32,000 bases of DNA, taken from NCBI RefSeq assembly GCF_000007185.1, contig NC_003551.1, forward strand, positions 420,001 through 452,000, read 5' to 3'. Below are positions 17,694 to 31,131 of the stretch, one piece after another (the first letter of the stretch is position 1; the number at the start of each line of letters is the position of its first letter). Made by a program: the position numbers and the translations under genes. This DNA comes from Methanopyrus kandleri AV19. GTDB taxonomy: Archaea; JAADCQ01; Methanopyri; Methanopyrales; Methanopyraceae. The notes below the pieces were generated by a model that had not been told where the DNA came from, did not search any database, and saw nothing but the letters and a program-made list of their open reading frames with translations.

Positions 17694-20018
17694 TTGACTT
17701 TCAAAACCGAAATACGATTGGAAGAGGCTACCGAAGTAGTAGGAGAGCTTATGGAGCGACTCAAGCGTAGGGGCGACGTCCACGCCCCGCCCGACCTACC
17801 CGAGGGATTTTTCCGGAAGCTGACCGTATTAGCGGATGGTGACTCCGTAGACCTCCAGACGTTCGTAGACATGGCGATTAGACACTTCGCCCGGCACGGC
17901 TACAAGAAGCCGCTCGATGCGTACGAACGCGTGATGGTGGCACGCGCTATCGTAGCGGAAGAACTCGCTAAGATTCTGTTCAAGGAGGAAGCTGACGAAG
18001 AAGCCGTCGAGTCCCTCCGGAAGTTCATCCCACACGCGAGCGAGGAGGTTCGTGAAGAGCTAGAGTCACTGGTCGACGTTGATGAAGCAGACATCCGAGA
18101 AGAACCCAACCGGGAAGATCTCGAACGTGTCCTTGAGACGTTCGGTTCGCAGCTATCCGACGAGGCGATCATGGACCTACTAAAGACCGCCATCTTCGGA
18201 CCCGAGAAGAAGCGCATGCTTGAGAACATTACCGATGAGCAGATGGTGGGAAGCCTCCTTCAGCAGCACGTTCCACGTTCGGTGATCGAGAAACTAGCCG
18301 AGCAGGGCAGATTAGACGTTCTCAACCGATTAGGGTCACCCATCGAGAGCAAGGTCGAAGCCATAGCCTCACCTCACGCTTCGGACTCGTACTCGACGGA
18401 TCAAGAGGAACTTGAGAAGGCGTTCTCGGACGAGGCGTTCAACCGGCAGGCTCGGCAGATGTTCTCGGAGCTCGCCCGACGGCTCAACGAACTCGCCGAA
18501 CAGGTGGGTGTTGAACAAGCCCTGGAGCGCGCTAAGCGCGTTTCCGAGGCCATCCAAGCCGCCAACGACCGATGGGAGCGCGCCGCTAAAATGTTTGAAA
18601 GGGCGATAGAGCGGCAACTCACCGAACGAGGACCGTCGTCCGACCCTGTTGAGGCGTACCGTCGTGGAGCCCCCATGGACCCGAACCACGTCAAGGATGA
18701 AGTCGGCCAAGACCCGTCGGACTACACGGCATCGCTAGAACAGGCTCAATTCGTGGTCGAAGGTATCGAGCGACGTGGCAAGTTCAGGAACCCACTCCTG
18801 AGCACGGTTCAGGCCAACGACATGATCAAGTCGATCCCGAATCTCTCCGACGACCAATTCCGTCAGCAGGTGAGGAACCTATTGAGATCCACGATGGGAG
18901 AGCTCGAAGAGTGGGCGAAGGACGTAGGACAGGATGTAGTGCGACGAGTTCTGGAAGAGCTGAAACGAGCTGAGGAACATGGGTACTACGTACCGGAGGA
19001 ACTGAAGGAGCGGATGGAGGAGCTCCTTCAAGACTTGCAGGAGGGACCAGAGGAGCGGGAAGCTGAGGGTGACGGCGAAGGTCCTTCAGCCGGTGCTTCG
19101 GAGTCCCCTTCGTTCGTATCCGAGGAAGGAGGCGGAGGAGAGCCAACCGAAGGGGAGAGTGGCCCGACACCGACGGAGAGTGCCTCAGGAGTCGGCAAGG
19201 GTGGAGATCCCGCCTTCACGATCGACCGATCGTTCCCCGAGCGCAAGAAGTTCCTCAAGATTCTACAGAGCGAATCGCTGAAGATCCTGGATGAAGGTCA
19301 CGAGATATCGCGCGAGTTCGAGGACGTCGAGGAGGGAGAAGCGAAGGCGCACTTCGGGTGGCTGTACGGTTTCGATAAAGCCGACTTCCTGTCCGACGTG
19401 GATTGGGAGCGCAGCTTGGAGGAGGGTTACTTCAAGAACGTCCCACTCACGCTGTACCGCCGTGAGTTCCGCAACAAGGACGAACCGAAGGTGGCCATCC
19501 TGCTCGACTCGAGCGGATCTATGAGCGGGGACAAGATGGAGGTAGCTGCGACACTGGCGGCTGCTCTGTTCGAGACCGTGGGGATAGAAAACATCGGCCT
19601 GTGGGCGTTCAGATCGGAGGTCCATCAACTCAAGGACTTCGAAGAAGTGATCAATCGAAGGAAGCTCATCGAGAAGATACTAGGGATACCCGCCGGAGGT
19701 GGTACCGACCCCGTAAAACCGCTGATCAAAGTGCTAGACTCACTAGAAAACGTGGATTACGATAAATGCAAGATCATTTACATAACGGACGCAATATTCA
19801 TGCACGATGACTTCATTCGGATCAGAAACTTGCTAAGTGATCGTGACGACGTTGAACTGTACGCGCTACTAATTAAGGACGAATTCGAACACACGGGACC
19901 AACAATTTTCAAACGCATAACAGAAGAATTCGATGGAGGAGTAGTCCAGGTTAATCCGAGAGATCGTGAAGGTGTCCGCGAGAAACTCCGTCAGTTCGTT
20001 GACATGATATCGGACTAG
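17694..20018 (+). CDS. VWA-domain protein (CoxE/BchD-like), MoxR partner, 774 aa
   Basis: MIDAS motif VAILLDSSGSMSGDKM near the C-terminus, GGGTDPVKPL; long acidic, Glu/Gly/Pro-rich linker (EGPEEREAEGDGEGPSAGASESPSF...). Confidence 0.85.
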   Translation: MTFKTEIRLEEATEVVGELMERLKRRGDVHAPPDLPEGFFRKLTVLADGDSVDLQTFVDMAIRHFARHGYKKPLDAYERVMVARAIVAEELAKILFKEEADEEAVESLRKFIPHASEEVREELESLVDVDEADIREEPNREDLERVLETFGSQLSDEAIMDLLKTAIFGPEKKRMLENITDEQMVGSLLQQHVPRSVIEKLAEQGRLDVLNRLGSPIESKVEAIASPHASDSYSTDQEELEKAFSDEAFNRQARQMFSELARRLNELAEQVGVEQALERAKRVSEAIQAANDRWERAAKMFERAIERQLTERGPSSDPVEAYRRGAPMDPNHVKDEVGQDPSDYTASLEQAQFVVEGIERRGKFRNPLLSTVQANDMIKSIPNLSDDQFRQQVRNLLRSTMGELEEWAKDVGQDVVRRVLEELKRAEEHGYYVPEELKERMEELLQDLQEGPEEREAEGDGEGPSAGASESPSFVSEEGGGGEPTEGESGPTPTESASGVGKGGDPAFTIDRSFPERKKFLKILQSESLKILDEGHEISREFEDVEEGEAKAHFGWLYGFDKADFLSDVDWERSLEEGYFKNVPLTLYRREFRNKDEPKVAILLDSSGSMSGDKMEVAATLAAALFETVGIENIGLWAFRSEVHQLKDFEEVINRRKLIEKILGIPAGGGTDPVKPLIKVLDSLENVDYDKCKIIYITDAIFMHDDFIRIRNLLSDRDDVELYALLIKDEFEHTGPTIFKRITEEFDGGVVQVNPRDREGVREKLRQFVDMISD

Positions 20019-20953
20019 CCGACTAACGCCCGCTCCACTGCCTGCATTGTTTCCATGGCATCCTCTCGGATATCCTCGTACCATACCGAGCATTCACGCC
20101 TGCTCGTTTTTACCACCATCCTATCCCGGTGCAAGCTCACGTTAATCATACCGCGTACGTCCATGCTTAGGCTTCTGAGGAAGTTATGAGCTAGAATGAT
20201 CTCATTAACGTAGTCTGGATACAGTTCTCCGAGCGGGGCTCGATACGAGATACCTTCCTTTTCCCAACTACGACGAAACTTTGTATGGAACTCACGGAAT
20301 AGGTACTTCGAGTAATTATGTTCAAGTAATACAACGTCAGTTACGCCAGCGTGAATCATCTGTGATGCTGCCTCTACGCTATGCCAATTTTCTAAAATGG
20401 ATTCAACGCTCTTTGGGAAGAATGCCTCACAGCCCAGCGAATTGACCCAACCTACCGCGCAACTAACCTCAAGTTCTTTCAGTCTTTCCATATATTCCTT
20501 GTACGTATCATAGTGACGATCATCCACGAAACTTATCACGGCCATTTCGTCGTCCATTTTCCTCGTCATAAACGTCTTGTGCGTCACTCGAAACTTTCTG
20601 ATCCCCGATCGCATCAGCTGAGCGATGAACTGCGTCGGGATCGCTGTCTCTGCGATCATTTTCACATCGACCGCTCCGGAAGTACCCACGAATTTAAGGT
20701 CTAAACTGTTATCGTCTCCTTCAACCACCTCGAACCTCTCGAGACCGGAGAGTTCATCATCCGCGATTTTAGCCAGGTGGGCTAGTGATTTAAGGAAGGG
20801 TGACATGAAAGGTCTCTTGACGCAAACTTCGACAGTTTCATCTGGCAACGAGACCCGGATGGTGCTTCGATCCTCAACTACGGGGATCACGTCGAAGTTG
20901 ACGTTGAACTCACGTGATAACGCCGAGAGTAGGGGTTCGATGTTCGCGTACAT
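20015..20953 (-). CDS. Uncharacterised protein, 312 aa
   Basis: Long ORF (20015..21001) with ordinary coding composition; ATG at 20953 (MYANIEPLLSALSREFNVNFDVIPVV...). No motif recognised. Confidence 0.65.
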   Translation of the reverse strand: MYANIEPLLSALSREFNVNFDVIPVVEDRSTIRVSLPDETVEVCVKRPFMSPFLKSLAHLAKIADDELSGLERFEVVEGDDNSLDLKFVGTSGAVDVKMIAETAIPTQFIAQLMRSGIRKFRVTHKTFMTRKMDDEMAVISFVDDRHYDTYKEYMERLKELEVSCAVGWVNSLGCEAFFPKSVESILENWHSVEAASQMIHAGVTDVVLLEHNYSKYLFREFHTKFRRSWEKEGISYRAPLGELYPDYVNEIILAHNFLRSLSMDVRGMINVSLHRDRMVVKTSRRECSVWYEDIREDAMETMQAVERALVG

Positions 20954-21635
20954 GGTGAAGGTGCTCCCCACCCTACTGGATGCAGTCGTTGAAGAGGTCA
21001 ACGCCGATAAAGATCATTCGGAAACCTTTCGGACGGAGCCGTGGTCCGGGCAGCCGGACGAGGTCGTGGAAACGAGGTATATCCAGCTGGTACGGCGGCT
21101 CGTAGGGGAAGGGCGAAACGTCGTGCTCGTAGGCGAGCCAGGGGTGGGGAAATCCACGACGGCGATAGCGGCCTGTGAGAAACCAGTCCCGATAGTGTTG
21201 ACTTTCGGTGGAAACCTACCGGTTTCCATACTTAAAACTTTCGTCAACACGCTACGTGTGACGGGTCCGCGGAGGTGGATCTCCGTCGATGCCGTAGTAG
21301 TGGGCGACGCGGTGATCGAGGGCAAGGTCCGACGGCTTCCCCTGATCGATGAAGTCGTGGTGTTCTCGGTGACGATAGTTACGTGGTGTCTAACGCGGGC
21401 TCTGAAGATCCCGATCATCGCCATGCTGGCCACCGACAAGAAGTACTACGCCGAGGCCCGGAAAATCTTGGAGCTCGCGGGATTCGAGGTTGTCGAGATC
21501 AAACCCGATAAGCACACCGTCGAGGAAGTCCTGCGCGCGCATGGACTCCAAGGTTCCCCGAGGACAGACAATCCTCGGGAAGAGCTCAAGAGGTTCTCCG
21601 AGCGATCGTCCAACCACTCTCAGTCCGACGAATGA
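20940..21635 (+). CDS. P-loop NTPase of unknown function, about 231 aa
   Basis: NVVLVGEPGVGKSTTAIAACEKPVPIVLTFGGNLP... Walker A; later ...KIPIIAMLATDKKYYAEARKILE.... Start is ATG 20940 or 20952. Confidence 0.7.
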   Translation: MFAYMVKVLPTLLDAVVEEVNADKDHSETFRTEPWSGQPDEVVETRYIQLVRRLVGEGRNVVLVGEPGVGKSTTAIAACEKPVPIVLTFGGNLPVSILKTFVNTLRVTGPRRWISVDAVVVGDAVIEGKVRRLPLIDEVVVFSVTIVTWCLTRALKIPIIAMLATDKKYYAEARKILELAGFEVVEIKPDKHTVEEVLRAHGLQGSPRTDNPREELKRFSERSSNHSQSDE

Positions 21636-22845
21636 GTCCTCTGGATTCCATCGACTCGAGCCGACGCTTGAGCCTACTACGAGCGATTCGGAGTCTACGG
21701 GCGAGTTCCTCGGTACTCACGGACCCCTTCTCGTAGAGTTCGTTCATGATCCGCTGCTCCAGCACGCGGCCGGTGAAGGGACAGCCGTCGTACTCCCGAC
21801 ATTCGATTCCGAGCATACACACCACTTTATCCAAGTATCTTCGAATATCGTACAGTGGTGACCACGTCATCGGGGAGATACAGCAGCTCTTTACCAGTAC
21901 GTCTTCAGGGAGTTTCGACCGCACTGTCTTGTATATGAGTTCCAACCTGTCCAGTGGCGAAAGAGGCCCCCGGGCTGGGTCTTGAGCTGGGTTGAATTGG
22001 ACGATCCTTTTTCGAGGGTTAAGAGCGAGAATCGACAGGATCCGTTCCGCGTCGGCCTCAGGAGGAACACCGGGTAGTCCGACGACCCCGCCCACGAACG
22101 TCACTTCGAGCCCGTGTTCGTGACACCATCGCACGACACGCCAAAACTCCTCGAATCCGCGACGACGCCCCGTGATCGCCTCCCATTCCTCTGGTGTGCG
22201 GCCCGAAAGGCTGAGTTTCAGATAGTCCAGGCCGGCGCGCTGGAGGTCTTCTAGTAGATCGAGTGGGATGAGAGGGCCCGTTCCGACACCCACGTCGACC
22301 CCTAGTTCCAGCTTGATGAGCTCCACGGCCTCCACAAGGTCCGTATCGAGCGTATGGGGTGAGGCTCCCTGAATTACGACTTCACGATTCCCCGCTTTAA
22401 CCCGCTTTTCCGCCTCACGGAGGATCTCCTCCGGTGTCAGCTCGACGTGATCTCGCACTAGGTTGTAGTAGCAGAACTTGCACCTCATGTCGCACCTAGT
22501 CGTCGCCACTATGCTTCCCGTCCGCGTTTTGGACCGACCCGTGATCACGCGGAGGAACGCCTCGACTTCCGGACCGTCCGTAGACAATCGAACGGGTTCG
22601 TTACGGTATTCGTAGTCGGTGTTCGGCCGTACCAGCTCCAGGAACCCCTCCTCGGTGAGGGCGAACCCGCGATGAGTCGGCTCGATAAGCCCCTCATCAC
22701 GGAGGTCGTTAACGGTCTTGCTGATGAGACCCCGGTTACCGCTCACCTCGTCCATGAGTTCACGGCGGGAGAGCGGACCCTTCTCCGCGAGTGTGCGGAG
22801 TACGCGCTCCCGAAGGTCACCACCATGTTTTCGAGAACGCCTCAT
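21586..22845 (-). CDS. Radical SAM protein with N- and C-terminal winged-helix segments, 419 aa
   Basis: Radical SAM motif TTRCDMRCKFCYYN (CxxxCxxC); N-terminal LRTLAEKGPLSRRELMDEVSGNRGLISKTVNDLRDEGLI and C-terminal IMNELYEKGSVSTEELARRLRIARSRLKRRLESMESRGLI are wHTH-like. Start is ATG 22845 within the longer ORF. Confidence 0.85.
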   Translation of the reverse strand: MRRSRKHGGDLRERVLRTLAEKGPLSRRELMDEVSGNRGLISKTVNDLRDEGLIEPTHRGFALTEEGFLELVRPNTDYEYRNEPVRLSTDGPEVEAFLRVITGRSKTRTGSIVATTRCDMRCKFCYYNLVRDHVELTPEEILREAEKRVKAGNREVVIQGASPHTLDTDLVEAVELIKLELGVDVGVGTGPLIPLDLLEDLQRAGLDYLKLSLSGRTPEEWEAITGRRRGFEEFWRVVRWCHEHGLEVTFVGGVVGLPGVPPEADAERILSILALNPRKRIVQFNPAQDPARGPLSPLDRLELIYKTVRSKLPEDVLVKSCCISPMTWSPLYDIRRYLDKVVCMLGIECREYDGCPFTGRVLEQRIMNELYEKGSVSTEELARRLRIARSRLKRRLESMESRGLIRRTESGWTIARRTS

Positions 22846-24071
22846 AGTCCTGGACCCTTCGGACTCCGGTGATTTCCCCGTTCCGTACGACCACCGAGCC
22901 CGGAATCGGGTAGCAGTTATAGTTGCTGGCCATAGATTCGCAGTAGGCACCGGCGGACAGGAACACCACGAGGTCGCCCTCCGAAATATCGATGGGAAGC
23001 TCCCGGTCTTCGGCGAGTACATCCCCACTCTCGCACAGCGGGCCAGCCACGGAGGCCTTCTCGGTGGCCGAGTAATCGCCACCGTGAACGACGACCTCGT
23101 GGTAAGCATCGTAAAGAGCTGGTCGTATCAGGGCGTTCATACCGGTGTCAACGAAAACCCACCTCCGACGTCCCCGTTTGACCTGTCTGACGCTTGTGAC
23201 CAGGATCCCGGCTTCACCCACTATGCTCCGACCGGGCTCGAGGTACAGGTCGAACCCCGACGACTCGGAGTGAAGCTCTTTCAGGTCCTCCTGGAGTTCC
23301 TCCGCCAGATCGTGAGGAGACGGTACCTCCTCACCTCGGCGGTACCGAATCCCGAGCCCACCGCCGATGTTTAGGTACGAGATTTCCTCGATCAGTCCGG
23401 TGTCCTCGAGAAACGTTCGGACGGATCTCAACGCCTCTGAAAACGGCCTCAAATCGGTGATTTGGGAGCCTATATGGTAGTGAAGCCCCAGGAACTCGAC
23501 CCACTCCGATTCGATCATCCGCCTGCAGACTCGTTCGGCGATTTCCAGCTCAACACCGAACTTCGACCCTTCGACCGCGGTGGCGATGTGAGAGTGGGTA
23601 TCGGGACTCACCTTCGGGTTGACCCTGAGCGCCACTAAGGCCCTCTCACCTTCATGCCGCGCGATTTTTTCGATACGTTGGAACTCCTCGAAGGAGTCGA
23701 CGTTGATCACCCACGAGCGTTCCACGGCCGCGCGGATCTCATCCGAGGACTTCGCGTTGCCGTTGACCACCACTGTCTCCGCTCCCGCGTTGACCGCGAC
23801 CTTCATCTCCCACAGCGACACCACGTCTGCGGCTCGAGTCTCGTCTACGATGTGTTCGACGAGGTATGGGTTGAAGTTCGCTTTCATCGCGTAGCATACG
23901 TACACGCGATCCGGGAACCAAGAAAACGCCTCCTGATATTCGCGGGCGGCCTTTACGGGCAGCATCCGCGTCGTAGACGTACACCGGTGTCCTCGTACCG
24001 GCCTCCTCCAGGATGTCGTCGAGCTCTCGACCACTGACTTTAACCACCGCTACGTGTTCCGTTTCTATCAT
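22817..24071 (-). CDS. lysA: Diaminopimelate decarboxylase LysA, apparently split by a +1 frameshift around 23952-23954
   Basis: Main frame: YVCYAMKANFNPYLVEHI (PLP lysine), GLHYHIGSQI, NIGGGLGI, LEPGRSIVGEAG, GPLCESGDVLA. The N-terminus MIETEHVAVVKVSGRELDDILEEAGTRTPVYVYDADAARK lies in the adjacent frame (ORF 23739..24071). Confidence 0.88.
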
Positions 24072-24078
24072 TGCGGGA

Positions 24079-24617
24079 CTACCCCTTCAAGTTGGCGACC
24101 AGTAGCTCCACCGACTTAGGTCCGATGCCACTCCGGTCCGCCCAGGCGGCTAGGAAGACCCCTAAGTCGTCCGGAGTTCGGCCGAAGGTGTAGGCGGCGA
24201 CACAACCCAAAGCTTCGAGGTCGCGTTTAAGACGTTCGAAGCCCAGCGGGTCGAGGAAGATTTCACCCTGGGTGAAGGCGTCGACGGCCTCCATGGGGTT
24301 CTCCACGGGACGCACGGAGACGGGCTCTTCGTCCGCGTATTGGGCCTGAATGCGCTCCACCACGAACTTCCCCAGTTCTTCTATCAGCTCCTTACCCTCC
24401 GGAGATTCCGGGTCGACCACCTCAACGTCGCATCGCTCGAGGACGCTCTCCAGGTACCCCTGCAGATTATCGAGATCCCAATCCTCACCCCTACTCATAC
24501 CGCGGACTATGAGGACGTCTACGTCATCCAATAGCGGCCGCGAGCCCTCGAAAGCGTCCAGTTCCATCATGATCTTCTTGGCGAGTCGATGAATGTGGAT
24601 CGGGGTGCCGGGCACGA

Positions 24618-24621
<4 letters not shown>
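24079..24621 (-). CDS. Uncharacterised protein, about 180 aa
   Basis: C-terminal three quarters of the ORF 24079..24783. Likely TTG start at 24621 overlapping the mptA stop (TTGA); [26 protein letters not shown].... Confidence 0.6.
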
Positions 24622-29426
<4,805 letters not shown>

Positions 29427-29456
29427 CTTCGGTCCTCGCTCCTTCTCACCGATCAC

Positions 29457-29915
29457 ATGCTCCTGCGCCTGTGCAGGTGGCTCAGGCTGTTAGGATACCC
29501 CACGGTAGCCGCCCACGAAGTGGTCGATCCTACGAAGGTCGAGGATGAAGACGAAGTGCTGGTGGAATTCTGCCGGGAACACGATGCCCTGCTGATCACG
29601 AGGGACAGACAGCTCGCCCGAAGGGCTCGGGCCGTTCTAATCACGGCCGATAGCGTACCGGAACAGATAGCCGAGGTGTTAGAGTTCCTAGGAGACGAAG
29701 CTTTCCTAGACCCGGATGAATCACGTTGCCCCGAGTGTAACGCGCGGGTACGACGGGTGACAGCTGAAAATCCGGGACCGTTCGAAGTGACGTGGGAATG
29801 CCCGGAGTGTCGGCGTAAGTACTGGGTCGGCGGGCATTGGCGAGATATGGAGGAGACTATCGACCGCGTAAAGAAAGCCCTACGCCGAGTTCAAAGGGGG
29901 CATCTACGTGGGTGA
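29457..29915 (+). CDS. Mut7-C (DUF82) RNase-domain protein with zinc ribbon, 152 aa
   Basis: PIN-like Mut7-C pattern RLCRWLRLLGYPTV...LITRDRQLARRA and CPEC...CPEC ribbon. Confidence 0.8.
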   Translation: MLLRLCRWLRLLGYPTVAAHEVVDPTKVEDEDEVLVEFCREHDALLITRDRQLARRARAVLITADSVPEQIAEVLEFLGDEAFLDPDESRCPECNARVRRVTAENPGPFEVTWECPECRRKYWVGGHWRDMEETIDRVKKALRRVQRGHLRG

Positions 29916-30531
29916 AAAATTAACGTTGGAGGAAGGGGAGTTCCTAGTTCGCCTTGCGCGGAAAGCAATCGTACATTACCTTGAGTCCGGCAAAAAGATC
30001 GAGGAAAAGCCTCCAACTCAACGACTCGCAGAAAAGCGCGGAGTCTTCGTCACGCTTAAGAAGTACCCGGACGACGAACTGAGAGGCTGCATCGGGTTTC
30101 CGGAACCCATCAAGCCCCTGGTGGAAGCCACCGTAGAGGCCGCAATCAGTGCGGCCACCGGCGATCCGCGGTTCCCGCCTATGCGCGACCCTTCGGAGAT
30201 GGAGGAGATCAAGATAGAGGTCAGCGTGTTAACACCACCTAAGAAACTGGAGGTCGATAACCCGAAAGAGTACGTCGAGAAAATCGAGATCGGAAGACAC
30301 GGTATCATAGTGCGCCGCGGAGCCCGATCGGGGCTCTTGCTGCCGCAGGTACCAGTGGAGGAAGGTTGGGACGAAATAGAGTTCCTGTCTCACGCCTGCC
30401 TGAAGGCGGGTTTACCACCGGACTGGTGGTGTTCTCCGGACTGCGAAATCTACGTGTTCGAAGCGCAGGTGTTCGAGGAAGAGGAGCCGGAAGGGCCGGT
30501 CCGGGAAAGGGATCTAGCCGAGGAGCAGTGA
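29908..30531 (+). CDS. AMMECR1-domain protein, 207 aa
   Basis: GVFVTLKKYPDDELRGCIGFPEPIKPLVEATVEAAISAATGDPRFPP, ...RHGIIVRRGARSGLLLPQVPVEEGWDEIEFLSHACLKAGL. Confidence 0.9.
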   Translation: MGEKLTLEEGEFLVRLARKAIVHYLESGKKIEEKPPTQRLAEKRGVFVTLKKYPDDELRGCIGFPEPIKPLVEATVEAAISAATGDPRFPPMRDPSEMEEIKIEVSVLTPPKKLEVDNPKEYVEKIEIGRHGIIVRRGARSGLLLPQVPVEEGWDEIEFLSHACLKAGLPPDWWCSPDCEIYVFEAQVFEEEEPEGPVRERDLAEEQ

Positions 30532-31131
30532 ACCGCTGATCCGGAAGGCCTCGAAGGCTTCCGCGTACTTGACACCTATCTCCATCCCACGGAACTCCGC
30601 GGTCTTCATCACCATTTCCTCACTGATCGCCCCGCGTTCGACTTGGGAGCGGTGTACCCTGACAGCTTCCAGCTTCTTCTCCAGCACGTCGGTGACGTCG
30701 ACGTAAACTACGGGTTGAAACCCCACCGTGGAGGGTCCTTCCCCCATCAGCACGGTCACTTCGGGGAACTTGCTGACGGCCGATGTTACTATTCGAAACG
30801 TGCGGCGATGGTCTTGGTGCGTGTCATTGGGGGAGTGTGTGAACACAACGTCTGGCTCGAACTTCGAGATCAGTGCCCGGACGGCATCGATACTCTCGGG
30901 ATCGACGGAGATCCTGCCGTCTTCATGGTTCAAGAATTCGACTCGATCGACACCGAGACATTTGGCACCCTCGATGGCCTCACGCTCCCGGACCTCCTCG
31001 TCGCCGCCGTTGTTTCCCTTGCTCATTATTACTTCGATAACTCTGTGCCCCGCGGAGGAAAGCTTACGCACGGTCCCTCCACAATGAACTTCCATGTCGT
31101 CTGGGTGTGCAAATACCGTCATTACGATCAA
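30514..31131 (-). CDS. PIG-L/LmbE-family N-acetylglucosamine deacetylase-like protein, 205 aa
   Basis: VFAHPDDMEVHCGGTV, TRP-like FTHSPNDTHQDHRRT. Confidence 0.85.
   Translation of the reverse strand: MIVMTVFAHPDDMEVHCGGTVRKLSSAGHRVIEVIMSKGNNGGDEEVREREAIEGAKCLGVDRVEFLNHEDGRISVDPESIDAVRALISKFEPDVVFTHSPNDTHQDHRRTFRIVTSAVSKFPEVTVLMGEGPSTVGFQPVVYVDVTDVLEKKLEAVRVHRSQVERGAISEEMVMKTAEFRGMEIGVKYAEAFEAFRISGSLLLG

Noticed and set aside
20625-20939. N-terminal 105 residues of the P-loop ORF
   Set aside because: Antisense to the 312-aa gene and Ser/Thr-rich; the coding part begins at ATG 20940 or 20952.
22846-23109. N-terminal 88 residues of the radical SAM ORF
   Set aside because: Overlap the C-terminal coding sequence of lysA in another frame; composition is non-coding-like. 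ATG 22845 is the plausible start.
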